Below are positions 1 to 11,786 of a stretch of DNA of 32,000 bases, in pieces. Both the position numbers and the translations under genes were made by a program. Source of the DNA: Mycoplasmoides genitalium G37 (lineage in GTDB: Bacteria > Bacillota_I > Bacilli_A > Mycoplasmatales > Mycoplasmoidaceae); assembly GCF_000027325.1 (NCBI RefSeq), contig NC_000908.2, positions 30,001-62,000 on the forward strand, given 5' to 3'. The notes beneath the pieces were generated by a model. It had not been told where the DNA came from, did not search any database, and saw only the letters and a program-made list of their open reading frames with translations. Position 1 is the first letter of the stretch. The number at the start of each line of letters is the position of its first letter.

Positions 1-124
1 GGCAAGAAAAAAAGCACGCCTTGTAACTGGTTATGAACTTGATGTACCCCAATTTATTAATACTGGTGATAAGATTGTAATTGCCACTGTTGATGGCAAT
101 TACCGTGAAAGGTTTAACAAATAA
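1..124 (+). CDS. efp: Elongation factor P, C-terminal end (5' truncated by window)
   Basis: Frame starting at base 2 reads [40 protein letters not shown], the typical EF-P C-terminus (VPxFIxxGDxIxVxTxxGxYxER). Stop TAA at 122-124. Confidence 0.93.
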   Translation, partial: ARKKARLVTGYELDVPQFINTGDKIVIATVDGNYRERFNK

Positions 125-548
125 ATTAACTAGAACCCAAAGACGAATTGCTGTAGTGGAATTTATCTTTTCTCTCCTCTTTTTCTTACCTAAAGAAGCT
201 GAAGTTATTCAAGCAGATTTTTTAGAGTATGATACTAAAGAACGACAACTAAATGAATGACAAAAACTAATTGTTAAAGCATTTAGTGAAAATATCTTCT
301 CTTTTCAAAAGAAAATTGAAGAACAACAATTGAAAAATCAATTAGAAATTCAAACTAAATACAATAAAATATCAGGAAAAAAGATTGATCTTTTAACTAC
401 TGCAGTTGTTTTATGTGCACTTAGTGAACAAAAGGCACATAATACTGATAAACCACTTTTAATTAGTGAGGCATTGTTGATTATGGATCATTATTCACAA
501 GGTGCTGAAAAAAAACAAACTCATGCTTTATTAGATAAGCTCTTGTAA
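93..548 (+). CDS. Small NusB-fold conserved protein (MG027-like)
   Basis: Reading TGA as Trp extends the track ORF 330-548 upstream to ATG at 93: [61 protein letters not shown]... (151 aa). NusB-like fold recalled from the solved M. genitalium MG027 structure. Confidence 0.8.
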
Positions 549-1153
549 TGAAACGTAACTGAAGACAACACTATAATGTTTTTTTAGCTAATCTAGTTTT
601 AGTATTTGGCTTTGCTTTAAATATTTTGGTTGCAAAACAATCTTTAAATAACACAACGCCCCAGTTCAGGTTTTTGTTTGTAACTCCTTTTCTTGGCGTT
701 GTCATAGGTGCTGTTCTCTATTTTTTTGATGTTAAGTGGTTTTTAATTGACTATCCATACAAGAAATTTCACTTTCAAAAAAAATGAGCAATTGTTTATT
801 TATCAGGGGTTATTGTATTTTTTTTAAATGTTTTAATTGGAGTAGTTTTACTTGTTGTAATGGTTAATTACATTACTAACCAAATTCTTGAAAGGGAATA
901 TGAAAGATTATTTACAAATTCATTACCTTATTTATGATCAACAACAGGAACTAGTATTGTTTTAAGTCTTATTAGTATAGGAATGAGTAAAACTGCACAT
1001 TTTTTTATTGATATAGAGATTTTGAAAGCCAAAAAAGGAGAACCCACTGATCCTAATAAAACTGATAATAGAGCAGTTGTTATTAATCTTGATGAGAATA
1101 AAAAGAATGAAAAAGAACAGTCCCCTCCTTCTGCAGAAATGACTAGTCTTTAA
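548..1153 (+). CDS. Hypothetical membrane protein, ~201 aa, with several hydrophobic helices
   Basis: ORF when TGA=Trp: MKRNWRQHYNVFLANLVLVFGFALNILVAKQSL...; ATG overlaps the previous TAA (TAATG). Hydrophobic segments followed by a charged, hydrophilic C-terminus. Confidence 0.8.
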
Positions 1154-1703
1154 TTTCACTACCAAATAACCTTTTATGAACAAGCTCATTTAAAGTGTTA
1201 TCTTTTAAAAAAGTGCACACAATAACTGTTGCAAATTCCAAAGCACAACCAGCACTTCTTGCTGTTATTAATTTATTTGCTACTGTTACTTTTGCTGTTG
1301 ATCTGTTTTCAGACATAACTAAATTTGGGTTTGGAAAAGAAGAATAGATCTCATCTTTAGTGATAATACCATGTTTAAATAGAACATTCGGTGTGTCACA
1401 AATAGCAAAAAGATAAAGGTTATTTACTTTGAAATAATTAATTGTTTTAAGCAGTTTTTCATCTTTATCTAAGTGTTTTGTAGCTCCTATTCCACCGGGA
1501 ATATAAACTGCATCAAATTCTGATAAGTTAATGGTGTTGACAATATTGTTAACTTCAACAACACCATTACTAGCAGTTATCTTTTTTAATGAATGGTGAT
1601 AACATGTTGTTTGTATTGTTTTAATGAAACTAAATACAACCATTACATTAGTATATTCAACATCATTCATCTCTGGATAGACAATAACAAGTATCTTTTT
1701 CAT
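1143..1703 (-). CDS. DJ-1/PfpI family protein
   Basis: MKKILVIVYPEMNDVEYTN...FDAVYIPGGIGATKHL...LFAICDTPNVLFKHGI...KLITARSAGCALEFATVIV: PGG motif, AIC nucleophile-elbow cysteine and typical DJ-1 C-terminus. Confidence 0.88.
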   Translation of the reverse strand: MKKILVIVYPEMNDVEYTNVMVVFSFIKTIQTTCYHHSLKKITASNGVVEVNNIVNTINLSEFDAVYIPGGIGATKHLDKDEKLLKTINYFKVNNLYLFAICDTPNVLFKHGIITKDEIYSSFPNPNLVMSENRSTAKVTVANKLITARSAGCALEFATVIVCTFLKDNTLNELVHKRLFGSEIKD

Positions 1704-1704
1704 T

Positions 1705-2325
1705 TTATTTAGTACCAAATAAACGGTCCCCAGCATCACCAAGACCAGGGATTATGTATCTATTGTCATTTAACTTTTCATCAATTGCTGCAAGAAATAT
1801 ATCAACATGAGGATGCATTTTTTCTACTTTATTAATTCCTTCAGGTGCTGCTACTATAGCAATAACACTAATTTTGATAGGTTTATCTTCTTTAATAGAT
1901 TTAATAGCAGTTAACAATGTAGTTCCAGTAGCAAGCATAGGATCAAGAATAATAACATGTGAATCAGAGATGTTTTCAGGCATCTTTTTATAGTATGAAA
2001 TTACACTGGTTGTTTGGGTTTGACGATAGATTCCTAAATGACCAACTCTGATTTTATCTGAATAGCGAACAATAGCATCAATCATTCCAAGTCCAGCACG
2101 CATAATAGGTACAAGAACAATGTCATTTTTTAATTTGTAGCCCTTTGTTTTAGCAAAGGGAGTTTCAACTTCAACTGTTGCTAGTGGTAGCTGTTTAGTT
2201 GCTTCAAAAAAGAGTAATGAAGTGATTTGATTCAAGGCCATGCGAAACTGGGAGGTTGTTGTATTTTTATCACGCAGTTTTGTCAATTCATTCAAGATTA
2301 AAGCATGTTGAACTTTTTTTATCAC
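1705..2325 (-). CDS. upp: Uracil phosphoribosyltransferase
   Basis: 206 aa; [28 protein letters not shown] (PRPP-binding motif) and [17 protein letters not shown]-terminus are characteristic of Upp. Confidence 0.97.
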   Translation of the reverse strand: MIKKVQHALILNELTKLRDKNTTTSQFRMALNQITSLLFFEATKQLPLATVEVETPFAKTKGYKLKNDIVLVPIMRAGLGMIDAIVRYSDKIRVGHLGIYRQTQTTSVISYYKKMPENISDSHVIILDPMLATGTTLLTAIKSIKEDKPIKISVIAIVAAPEGINKVEKMHPHVDIFLAAIDEKLNDNRYIIPGLGDAGDRLFGTK

Positions 2326-2358
2326 GTTAGTTATCTTTAAATAAGTTTAAACTAAAAA

Positions 2359-5300
2359 TTAGTTGAAAAGTTTATGATCATCTTGATGTTCAAATTCATC
2401 AAACAGTTGTAATTGTTCCATCGTTTCAACGTGTTTTTTAGTAATTTTGGTTCTTTTTTTGAAATCATTTAAGGAAGCAAATGGTTTTTCATTTCTTGCT
2501 TCTACAATTGAAGAAGCTACCGCTTCTCCCATTCCTGGAATAGTGATGAAAGGCGCAATTAAAACACCATTATGTTCAACAAACATCCTTGCATTAGAGT
2601 TTTGAATAGAGATTTGTTGCAACTTTATATTGCGTGCCATCATTTCTAAATAAACTTCATAACTTGTTAAAAGCTCCGCTTCTTTTGGTTTAATCTTTTT
2701 TATTCTGTAAAGCTTATTAAGTTCATCTAAACGGTTTTTAATAAATTCATACCCTTTTTCAAAACCATTAATATCATGTTCCTTTAGTTTGAAACTTAAT
2801 AAACAAGCATAGTAACTCAAAGGGTGATAAAGCTTAAATCAAGCAATTCTTCAAGCCATTAAAACATAAGCTGCAGCATGTGCCTTAGGGAATAGATAAT
2901 TAATTTTTAAACAAGCATTAATCCAATATTGTTCAACACCACAGTTTTGCATCAGGCTAACTTCTTTAGCATTTACTTTAATACCTTTTCTTACTTTTTC
3001 CATGATTTCAAAAGCATCTTTTGCTTGCATCCCTTTATTAATTAGATAAAGCATGATGTCATCTCTACAAGCAATTACATCTCTTAAAGTTAACCTATTG
3101 CTTTTAATTAGTTTTTGTGCATTATCTGCTCACACGTTTTTACCATGGCTTAATCCTGAAACTCTAATTAAGTCAGCAAAGTCTTTAGGTTTTGTCTGTT
3201 CTAAAATTTTTCTAACAAATTTAGTCCCAAATTCAGGGATACCAACCGCTCCTGTAACTTCATCAACAATGCCTGGTTTTAGGTTTAATGGTTTGTTTGA
3301 AGAAAACATCGAAATTAAGTTCTTATCAAAGTGAGGGATATTTTGGGGATTTATCTTAGTTAGATCAGCTAAGTGCTTTAACATTGTTGGATCATCTTGA
3401 CCTAAGATATCAAGTTTTAATATGGCATCACCTAATGCATCATATTCAAAATGGGTGGTCTTTCATTCACTTTCAACATCATCTGCTGGAAAACCACAGG
3501 GAGTAAATTCATAAACAGAATGATCACTAGGAAAGATCATAATTCCCCCTGGATGTTGCCCTGTTGTTCTCTTAATTCCTATAAGCTTTTGTTTAAATCT
3601 TTCAATTTCAGCAGTAGTTGCAAGATCAACACGTTTAATGATTTCAAAATAGTTTCTAGCATAACCATAAGCAGTTTTTTCAGCAACTGTTGCAATTGTT
3701 CCTGCCCTGAAGGTGTTATTAACTCCAAATAATTTTCTGACATAATCATGGGCTTTAGCTTGATATTCGCTAGAAAAATTAAGATCGATATCAGGAATTT
3801 TATCACCAGAAAAACCCATAAAAGTAGCAAAAGGAATGTTATGACCATCACCTTTGAAACTTGCTTTTTCATGGCATTTAGGACAATCACGAATCATCAA
3901 ATCATATCCATCATCAACACTGTCACTAACTTCAAAGTAATGACATTGTTCACAAAGATAATGAGCAGCTAATGGATTGATTTCTGATATACCAATTAAA
4001 TTAGCAATTAAAGAAGAGCCTATAGAACCACGTGGACCTACAAAATAACCATCTTTAACAGATTGTTCTACTAATAGATGGGAAATTCAAAAGACAATTC
4101 CAAAACCATTACTAATGATTGCATTTAGTTCTTTTTCAATTCTTTCCTTAATAAGTTTAGGTAAATTTTTACCATACCTTTTTTCAGCTTGTTTTCAAGT
4201 TTTATCAATTAATTTTTGGTTAGAATCTTGCATCACTGGTGGATAAAGCTTGTTTTTAGTTGGTACTAATTCATTTAAGTCAAGTAGCTTCACTATCTTA
4301 TTAGTGTTTTCAACGACTAATTTATAGGCAATATCTTCTCCTAAAAAACTCATTCTTTTTAGCATCTCATCAGTGGTGTGAAGAAATACTTCAGGAACGG
4401 TTTGTTCTTTTTCTTTATTGTTAAAGTGTCTATGTCATTTCCCACCTAAGCCCTTAGCACAAACTATTGCCTTATAATATTCATTTTCCCAAGGATGGAT
4501 AAAGTAAGCATCAGATGCAACAGCAACTAATTTCTTAAGTTTTGTTGCTGTTTTGATAACTAGTTTGATTGCATCATTAATAAGTTCTTTTTTCAGTCCT
4601 TCACGTAGTGTATAACCAAGGTAAGCATTGGGTTGTGAAATAAGCACAAAGTCAACTTTTTCAATTGCTTTTTCAAGTTCATTAATTGGTTTTGTTAATG
4701 CAGCTTTAAAGATGTCACCCTGAACAGGGTTTTCTGTTAATAAAAAAGATTTTCTAAATTTAGCTAAGCTGCTAGCTAAAACTAATGGTCTGTTAGCATT
4801 ATGATCTGTTAATGCAATTGATAACATCTCATATAGGTTTTGAAAGCCCCGTTGGTTTTTTACATAAACGATTGCTGTGTTTGTAAATACCCTTTTCATC
4901 AGATCAATTTGACACTTTTTATTTAGGTTTTGATCTATCTCTGTTAAGGTATTAATACCCATTTCTTTTAACTGCTTTTTAAAGTAAAAGAAAACTTTTT
5001 TTAAAGCTTCTGTATCATATTCAGCACGGTGTAATCTTTCATCATCAAATTCAAGTTTTAGTTTAGAACAAATATTGCTTAAAGTATGGGATGAAAACAA
5101 GGGATTCAATGCTCATGATAAACATAAGGTATCAATCAGTGGGTTTGTTAATGGTTTGATGTTGTATTTTTCAAATTGAGTTTGCAAAAAGGGTAAATCA
5201 AAATTAATACCATTATGAGCTACCATAACACAATCATCTAGATAATTTCTTATCTTTTCTAAACCTTGCTGTTGATCAATACCGCCTTCAAGCATCTCAT

Positions 5301-6714
5301 CAGTTATTTTGGTGATTTCAGTGATTGTTTTTGGGATAGGTTTGTCAATTTTTAAAAAGAATTGCTGATGATCTATCTCGCTGTTATTCTTAATTTTGCG
5401 TGCTGAAAACTCAATAACATCATCATACCTACCATGTAATCCAGTGGTTTCAATATCAAAAATAACAAAGGTGGCATCACTTAACTTAGTGTTATCTGGG
5501 TTGTGAACAATTTTGATGTGATCATCAGTTAAGTTGAATTCCAAACCATAGATAGCTTTTAAATCATATTTTTTAGCCACTTCATAAAACTTGGGATAAA
5601 TATGGATATTATCTTTATCTGTAACAGTTATTGCTTTTCAACCTCTTTCTTTAGCAAACTGTGCATATTCTTCAATGTCATTGATACCATCAAAAGCAGT
5701 CATTTTAGTATGAAAAACTAACTCCACTCGCTTTTGTTTTGATAAATCTAACCTTTTATAGTTATTAGGTATTTCAACAGGATTTATCTCTCTAACAATT
5801 CCATATAAGATTTGAGTATTAGGGTCACGTTCTACTTGGATATGGGCTTTTATCCAATTGCCAATAGTAATTCCTTCAATCTTTTTTTCATCAGTATAGG
5901 ATCATTTCAAAATTAACGATCCACCTAATTGAAAATCAGTTACATAGATATTAAGTGTTTTTTTACCAGTTAAACTTTCATGGGTTTTTAATTCAAAGAT
6001 TTGCCCAATAATCTTGACATCATCGATCTGTTGGTTAATCTTGTGGATAGGGATAAATTCTGTTGCAAATACCTTTGTTTCAAACTGCTTATCATATTGA
6101 GAAACAGTTACAGCTTTTACTTTTAATTTAGATTCATTTTTATCAATAGGATAAAGTGCAATGAAGTTAAAGTTTTTAAAACCAGCATTATTCATCCAAA
6201 AAATGAAAGATTTACTTTTTTGAACTAATCATTCAGTTAATTCTTTGGTTTGACATTGTGCTTTTAATTCGTCATTTTCATAACTAAGAAAATTGGGATT
6301 ACTTAACTCTTGTTCAATGAGAATTTTGTATTTCTTATCTTTTGAAAAGAAACTGTGAAAATAGTCTTTAATAATAGCTATCGTTACAGAAGAAAAACTA
6401 TTTTTTGATTTAAAGAATGGCTCATTCTCCTTAAAGGTAATGGTAAGTTTAAAAGATTCATTATCAGCTTTAAATCCCTCATTTAATTCATTAAATCCTT
6501 CATATAAAGCATTTCAAATATCAATAGTTAAAGGGCGACTAATAGTTATTGCAAATAGAAAAACCTTCTCTTCAATATATTTATTAAAGTAAATTGATTC
6601 AATCCTTTCAATTAAGCTGTTAAGCTCATTGTGGTCAAGGATATTGTTATCTATCAAAAAATTGGAGAGTGCAAGAACCTTTTTATCTTTTTCATTCTCA
6701 AGATTAAATACCAT
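2359..6714 (-). CDS. polC: DNA polymerase III alpha subunit, PolC (Gram-positive) type with 3'-5' exonuclease domain
   Basis: One 1451-aa frame when TGA=Trp, covering seven track fragments. Exonuclease motif FVIFDIETTGLHGRYDDVIEFSA, VMVAHNGINFDLPFL; polymerase segments GDKIPDIDLNFSSEYQ, FRAGTIATVAEKTAYG, TGQHPGGIMI; helix-hairpin-helix-like FITIPGMGEAVASSIVEAR. Confidence 0.97.
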
Positions 6715-6775
6715 AAGCGTTTATTAAAAAAATCAAAATAAAAGATCGAAATTTATCAATAATTATTTTTAGTTT

Positions 6776-6840
6776 TAGCCACTTTTTCGTAAAAAAAAAA
6801 AAAAAAAGCAGTTTTTGCTATTTTAGACTAAAAGTGGTTA
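6776..6840. promoter_or_regulatory. Divergent intergenic element: A17 homopolymer (6791-6807) flanked by an imperfect 11-bp inverted repeat
   Basis: tagCCACTTTT (6776-6786) versus AAAAGTGGtta (6830-6840), one mismatch over 11 bp, with A17 inside the loop. Lies between the divergent starts of polC (6714) and the 6977 ORF. Regulatory role is inference. Confidence 0.45.
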
Positions 6841-6976
6841 TATACCAAAATTTAAACCTTCTTTTGGTTAGTTCTTACTAACAGTTTTAAATGTTACACA
6901 AGTTTTTCAAAGTGTGAATTTAAAAACTTCAAATAGTTGTTTATTCTGTATCTAATTAACCTTTAATCTTTCAATA

Positions 6977-8977
6977 ATGAAAACAATTCATAAACTATTT
7001 TTAGGTCTTTGTTTACCCGCAACATTAGGTCCTTTACTTGGAATTGTTGTTACAAATACTGACCAAAGTATTAAGTTTACAAGCAAATCAAATTCGATTA
7101 ATAAGAATAACCAAAATAAAGAGTTGGCTCTACTTAGAGATAATTTGATGAACGAAGCGAAAGTTGATGAACCACTTTCCTTTGAAAAACGGTTTGAAAA
7201 CTTTAAAAATAAGTATAGTGATATACATAGCTTAAATAACAGTGTTTTTTCACTTCATGACGTTTATGACTTATTAGGTGGATTTAAACAATCATTGACA
7301 ACATTTTTTGATGAAGTGATTGCCCAACAACAAAAGATCAAGGATGCAGATAAGATCTTTCCAAGTACTAAAGATAATCCACCTAAAGAAGAAAATCCTA
7401 ATGTTTTAGATACACTAGCTAACTACCAAGGAGCAGGATTTTTCCCTAGTTTAGGTAAAAATGGTTTTAATTTACCTGAAGCAGTGTTCCAAAATTTCAC
7501 TGATTTTAGGATTAATGACTACAAGATTAAAAATTTTAATGTTGATCTTGTTAGTGAAAATGACATTATTAAACATGATAAAGTTCGTTATGCTTTTGAA
7601 GTTAAGTTCAATATTGCTTTAGTTTTATCTATTAATAAGTCAAATGTTGATTTTGACTTTGATTTCATTTTAAAGACTGATAATTTCTCAGACATTGAAA
7701 ACTTTAATGAAATTTTCAACAGAAAACCTGCTTTACAATTTCGTTTTTATACCAAGATCAATGTACATAAGTTAAGTTTCAATGGTAGTGATTCCACTTA
7801 CATTGCCAATATCTTGTTACAAGATCAGTTCAACCTATTAGAAATTGATTTAAATAAATCTATTTATGCATTAGATCTTGAAAATGCTAAAGAACGCTTT
7901 GATAAGGAATTTGTTCAACCTCTTTATCAAAAACGACGTGAAGCAAAGCTTGCTTGAGAAGAAGAACAGAGACGCATTGCTGAAGAACAACGTAGACAAG
8001 AAGAGGAGAGAGCTAGAATCTTAAAAGAGTTAAAAGAAAAAGCTGAGAAAGATAAAAGAGTTAAAGAAGCACAAAACAACCTTCAAAAAGCACTTGGTAA
8101 CTTAGATACTTTCTTTAACTTCTTTAGCAGTGGTCAAGATAGAGTTTTACTTGGTTTTGATCCAAATAAATACAATGTGCAAACTCGTGAAGGTTTGTTT
8201 AAAGCATTACAAATTTCCTATTCTAACTTCAAAACTTGAACATTCTATATCTCCTTGTTGGGGTGAAAAGAAGGTAGTGTTAAACTGTTGAAAAAACCTA
8301 TCTGAAATGCCTTGAGAGATGATAAAGCATTTCAATATGCTTTTGGTTTAGGTCCAAATACTTCTGAACAACAACTTGGTAGAGTAACCCTACCTGGTTA
8401 TGGTTATGAAGGAATTAGAATGAGTGATTGGTTGAGGTGAGCATTGGGTTACTATACTAGTTTCACTTTAAGTCCACCTAAAAATGTTGAAGCTAATCTT
8501 ATAGGTGATGCTAATGATAAAAAACACATTTGAATCTCACCTCATACTTTCAAATTAAACAGAGAGTATGGTGATGGTGAAAGATTCAAAGGTAAAGCAT
8601 ATCGTTTTAAACTATCAATAAGTTTTGAACTAGAAGGTCATTTAACTGCCCACTGATGAACAATTGCCTTTAGAGGTAGTATTCCTGGAAGCTGAAGTGG
8701 TAAGTTAAGAGTTACCCATGAGTTTGATGGTGATGTGCCTTACTATAGATTACATACAACTCCACCACAATATCGTTTAACTGATGATATGAAATTATTG
8801 TTTGTTCCGCACAGTATCCAAAGGGTAACTGCAGTTGGTAATGAAAGCATTAATGGTCTTCTCAGATCACAAAACCTTCATAACTTGGAACGTCAATCAT
8901 ATGAAGCGACTGCTCCTATTGATTTAATATCATATATGCTTTATGCAATTAGTGATAAAAAACCACCTCAAAAATAA
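6977..8977 (+). CDS. Conserved mycoplasma protein of unknown function (MG032/MG096/MG288-type family)
   Basis: 666-aa frame with TGA=Trp: [34 protein letters not shown]..., hydrophobic N-terminus, central E/R/K-rich helix ([34 protein letters not shown]), C-terminus ...[16 protein letters not shown]. Family assignment is from memory. Confidence 0.85.
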
Positions 8978-9126
8978 GTTTTATATCATTAACGTTTAAA
9001 TAAATATTATTGCTAAGATTACTTTAAACTTGTTAGCAAACTTTAATCATTTTTTAGCTAAATTAAACAACCAGTTAATTAGTAAACAGTTCCAGAATTA
9101 AAATCAAATATTAGTTAGTTTTTATT

Positions 9127-9903
9127 TTGTATTTTCAAAATTCTACTCAATTAGGATGATGGTTTCTTGCTGAATTGATAGGAACATTTATCCTAATTAT
9201 CTTTGGTAATGGTGCAGTTGCCCAAGTTAATTTAAAGAAGATGGCTACAAGTGAAACAAAAGCCAAGTTTTTAACAGTTGCACTTACTTGAGGAATAGGT
9301 GTTTTATTTGGTGTTTTAACTGCTAATGCTATCTTTAAGGGTAGTGGTCATTTAAACCCTGCTATATCATTATTTTATGCAATTAATGGCAGTATCAAAT
9401 CACCTACTGCATTAATATGACCTGGTTTTGTAATTGGGATTTTAGCTCAATTCTTAGGTGCAATGATAGCTCAAACAACACTTAACTTTTTATTTTGAAA
9501 ACAACTATCATCAACCGATCCACAAACAGTTCTAGCAATGCATTGTACAAGTCCTAGTGTATTTAACATTACTAGGAATTTTCTAACTGAATTTATTGCA
9601 ACTTTAATATTGATAGGTGGAGTTGTTGCTGCTAGTCACTTTCTTCATAACAACCCAAACTCTGTTCCTCCTGGATTTATGGGGCTTTGATTGGTTGCTG
9701 GGATTATTATTGCTTTTGGTGGCGCTACAGGCTCCGCAATTAATCCTGCAAGGGATTTGGGAACTAGAATTGTGTTTCAATTAACTCCAATTAAAAATAA
9801 GGATGCGAATTGAAAGTACAGCTGAATTCCAGTAATTGCTCCTTTATCTGCAGGATTAGTTTTATCAATAATTATTGGGTTTTCCCCTGCACCTGTTCTT
9901 TAA
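9127..9903 (+). CDS. glpF: Glycerol uptake facilitator (MIP/aquaporin family)
   Basis: Frame with TGA=Trp: ...[23 protein letters not shown]...[13 protein letters not shown] (first NPA), second motif [13 protein letters not shown]; 258 aa with an inferred TTG start. Missing from the track because of TGA codons. Confidence 0.95.
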
Positions 9904-10513
9904 AGTTTTTGGTTTTAACAGTAACGTGCTTTTTAGTTAAAAATGAGTGGTGCAGTTTGCATCTAGCTTCATAAGCTTCTGCATCACCAATTAAGACAAG
10001 GTTATCATTAGTATTTTTATTTACTAGTCTTTGGGTTCGTTGTGCTAAACTACCACAAACATTGCAAATAGCATCAAGTTTATTAACTACATCAGCTATT
10101 GCTAAAAGTTGGGGAATACAACCAAAAGGCTCAGCTCTAAAATCAGTATCAAGCCCAGAAATAATTACATTTGTTCCTATCTCATTGAGAGTTGTAACAA
10201 CTTCTATAATCTCATTTGAAAAGAATTGTGCTTCATCAATGGCAACAATTTGATAGTTTTTATCAACTAAGTGATCATAGATCTCAAAAGGAGAATTAAT
10301 AGTTATTGCTTGATCATATTCACCGTTGCGTGATTTGACAATATTAGTTTGTCTAGTATCAATTATTGGTTTGAAGATAACAACTGAAATTTTGGCTATC
10401 TTTCACCGTTTTATTTTGTGAAGTAATTTCTCTGTTTTTCCAGAAAACATTGGGCCACAAATAACTTCAGTTCAGCCCTTTTTGGTTTGAAAAGATGGTT
10501 GATATTTACCCAT
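9872..10513 (-). CDS. tdk: Thymidine kinase
   Basis: Minus frame with TGA=Trp: [30 protein letters not shown] (P-loop), [10 protein letters not shown], zinc-binding AICNVCG and EAYEARC; 213 aa. Confidence 0.95.
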
Positions 10514-10541
10514 ATAATTTCGAAATTATAATTAATGACAC

Positions 10542-11786
10542 ATGAACTTCTTGCAAAAACCAAGGGGAGTTAAAGATTGGTTTGGTGATGAATTAGTTTA
10601 TTTTAATTGGATTGTTAAAAAAATAAGATCTTTAGCATTTAATTGGGGTTTTAGTGAAGTTAAAACTCCGTTGTTTGAAAATGCACAACTTTTTCAAAGA
10701 TCTAATGCTAATGCTGATATTGTTCAAAAAGAACTATACCAGTTTTTTGATAAATCTCAAAGAGAATTAGCTTTAAGACCTGAAGCTACTACACCAATAG
10801 TAAGACTTGCTTGTGAAAACAAATTAATGCAAGAAGCAAATTTTCCCTTAAAGTTATTTTGCATTGGTTCAATGTATCGTTATGAACGTCCACAAAACAA
10901 TAGGTTTCGTGAACATTGGCAATTTAGTTGCGAAGTATTTGGTTTTTCCAACCTGTTTATCTTTTTAGATACACTTTTGTTTGCTAACTCTTTGCTTGAA
11001 GCACTTGGAATTACTGGATATGTGCTTAAAATTAATAATCTTGCTAACTTTGAAACACTTAGTAAGTGAAATAAAGCCCTAAAAGATTATTTAACTCCAT
11101 ATAAATTAGAACTAACTGAGCTTTCTCAAAAAAGATTAGAAAAAAATCCTTTGAGAATTTTAGATGACAAGATAGATCAAAAAAAATCATTTGTTAAAAA
11201 TGCTCCTAAAATTACTGATTTTTTAGATGCAAGTGCAAAACAAGATTCAGAATTGTTAAAAACACAACTAAAAAAACACAATATTAGTTTTGAATGAACA
11301 GACAATCTAGTTAGAGGATTGGATTACTATACTGGATTTGTGTTTGAATATGTAAAAAATCAAGACACAATTTTAGCAGGTGGAGTTTATGATAACTTAG
11401 TTGAAGAATTAAGTAGTAATCCAACTCCCGCATTAGGTTTTGCTTGTGGAATTGAACGGTTAATTAACTGTTTAGAAATTGATAAAAAAGCATTTATTTT
11501 GAATACTAAACCAAAGCAGATGTTAGTAATTTGCTTATTTGAAGAAGCGCTTGAAGAATTGGTTTGACTAGCTAAATTATGAAGGGAATATAACCAAGTA
11601 ACTATTTATCCTAAGGTTATTAAAGTTGATAATGGGATTAGATTAGCAAATCGCTTGGGTTATACTTTCATTGGCATTGTTGGAAAAACTGATTTTGACA
11701 AAAAAGCTATTACAATCAAAAACTTAGTATCTAAACAACAGACCATTTACACTTGAAATGAACTTGGAGAACGAAATGTGTTTTAA
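10542..11786 (+). CDS. hisS: Histidyl-tRNA synthetase
   Basis: [17 protein letters not shown]...[16 protein letters not shown] (motif 2), [40 protein letters not shown] (motif 3); 414 aa with TGA=Trp. Confidence 0.96.

Noticed and set aside
962-1189. Minus-strand ORF with a short aromatic-rich sequence (also 10062-10253 +, 11724-11933 -, 31174-31383 +)
   Set aside because: Overlaps better-supported genes on the opposite strand or in another frame; no start or motif evidence.
3053-3890. Track ORFs 3053-3334(+), 3451-3732(+), 3579-3890(-), 3748-3972(+) as novel genes
   Set aside because: All lie in alternative frames or antisense to conserved polC coding sequence and lack domain signals; shadow ORFs.
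6977-7066. Lipobox around FLGLC in the MG032-family protein
   Set aside because: L-G-L-C does not fit the [LVI][ASTVI][GAS]C consensus well; a non-lipidated signal anchor is as likely.
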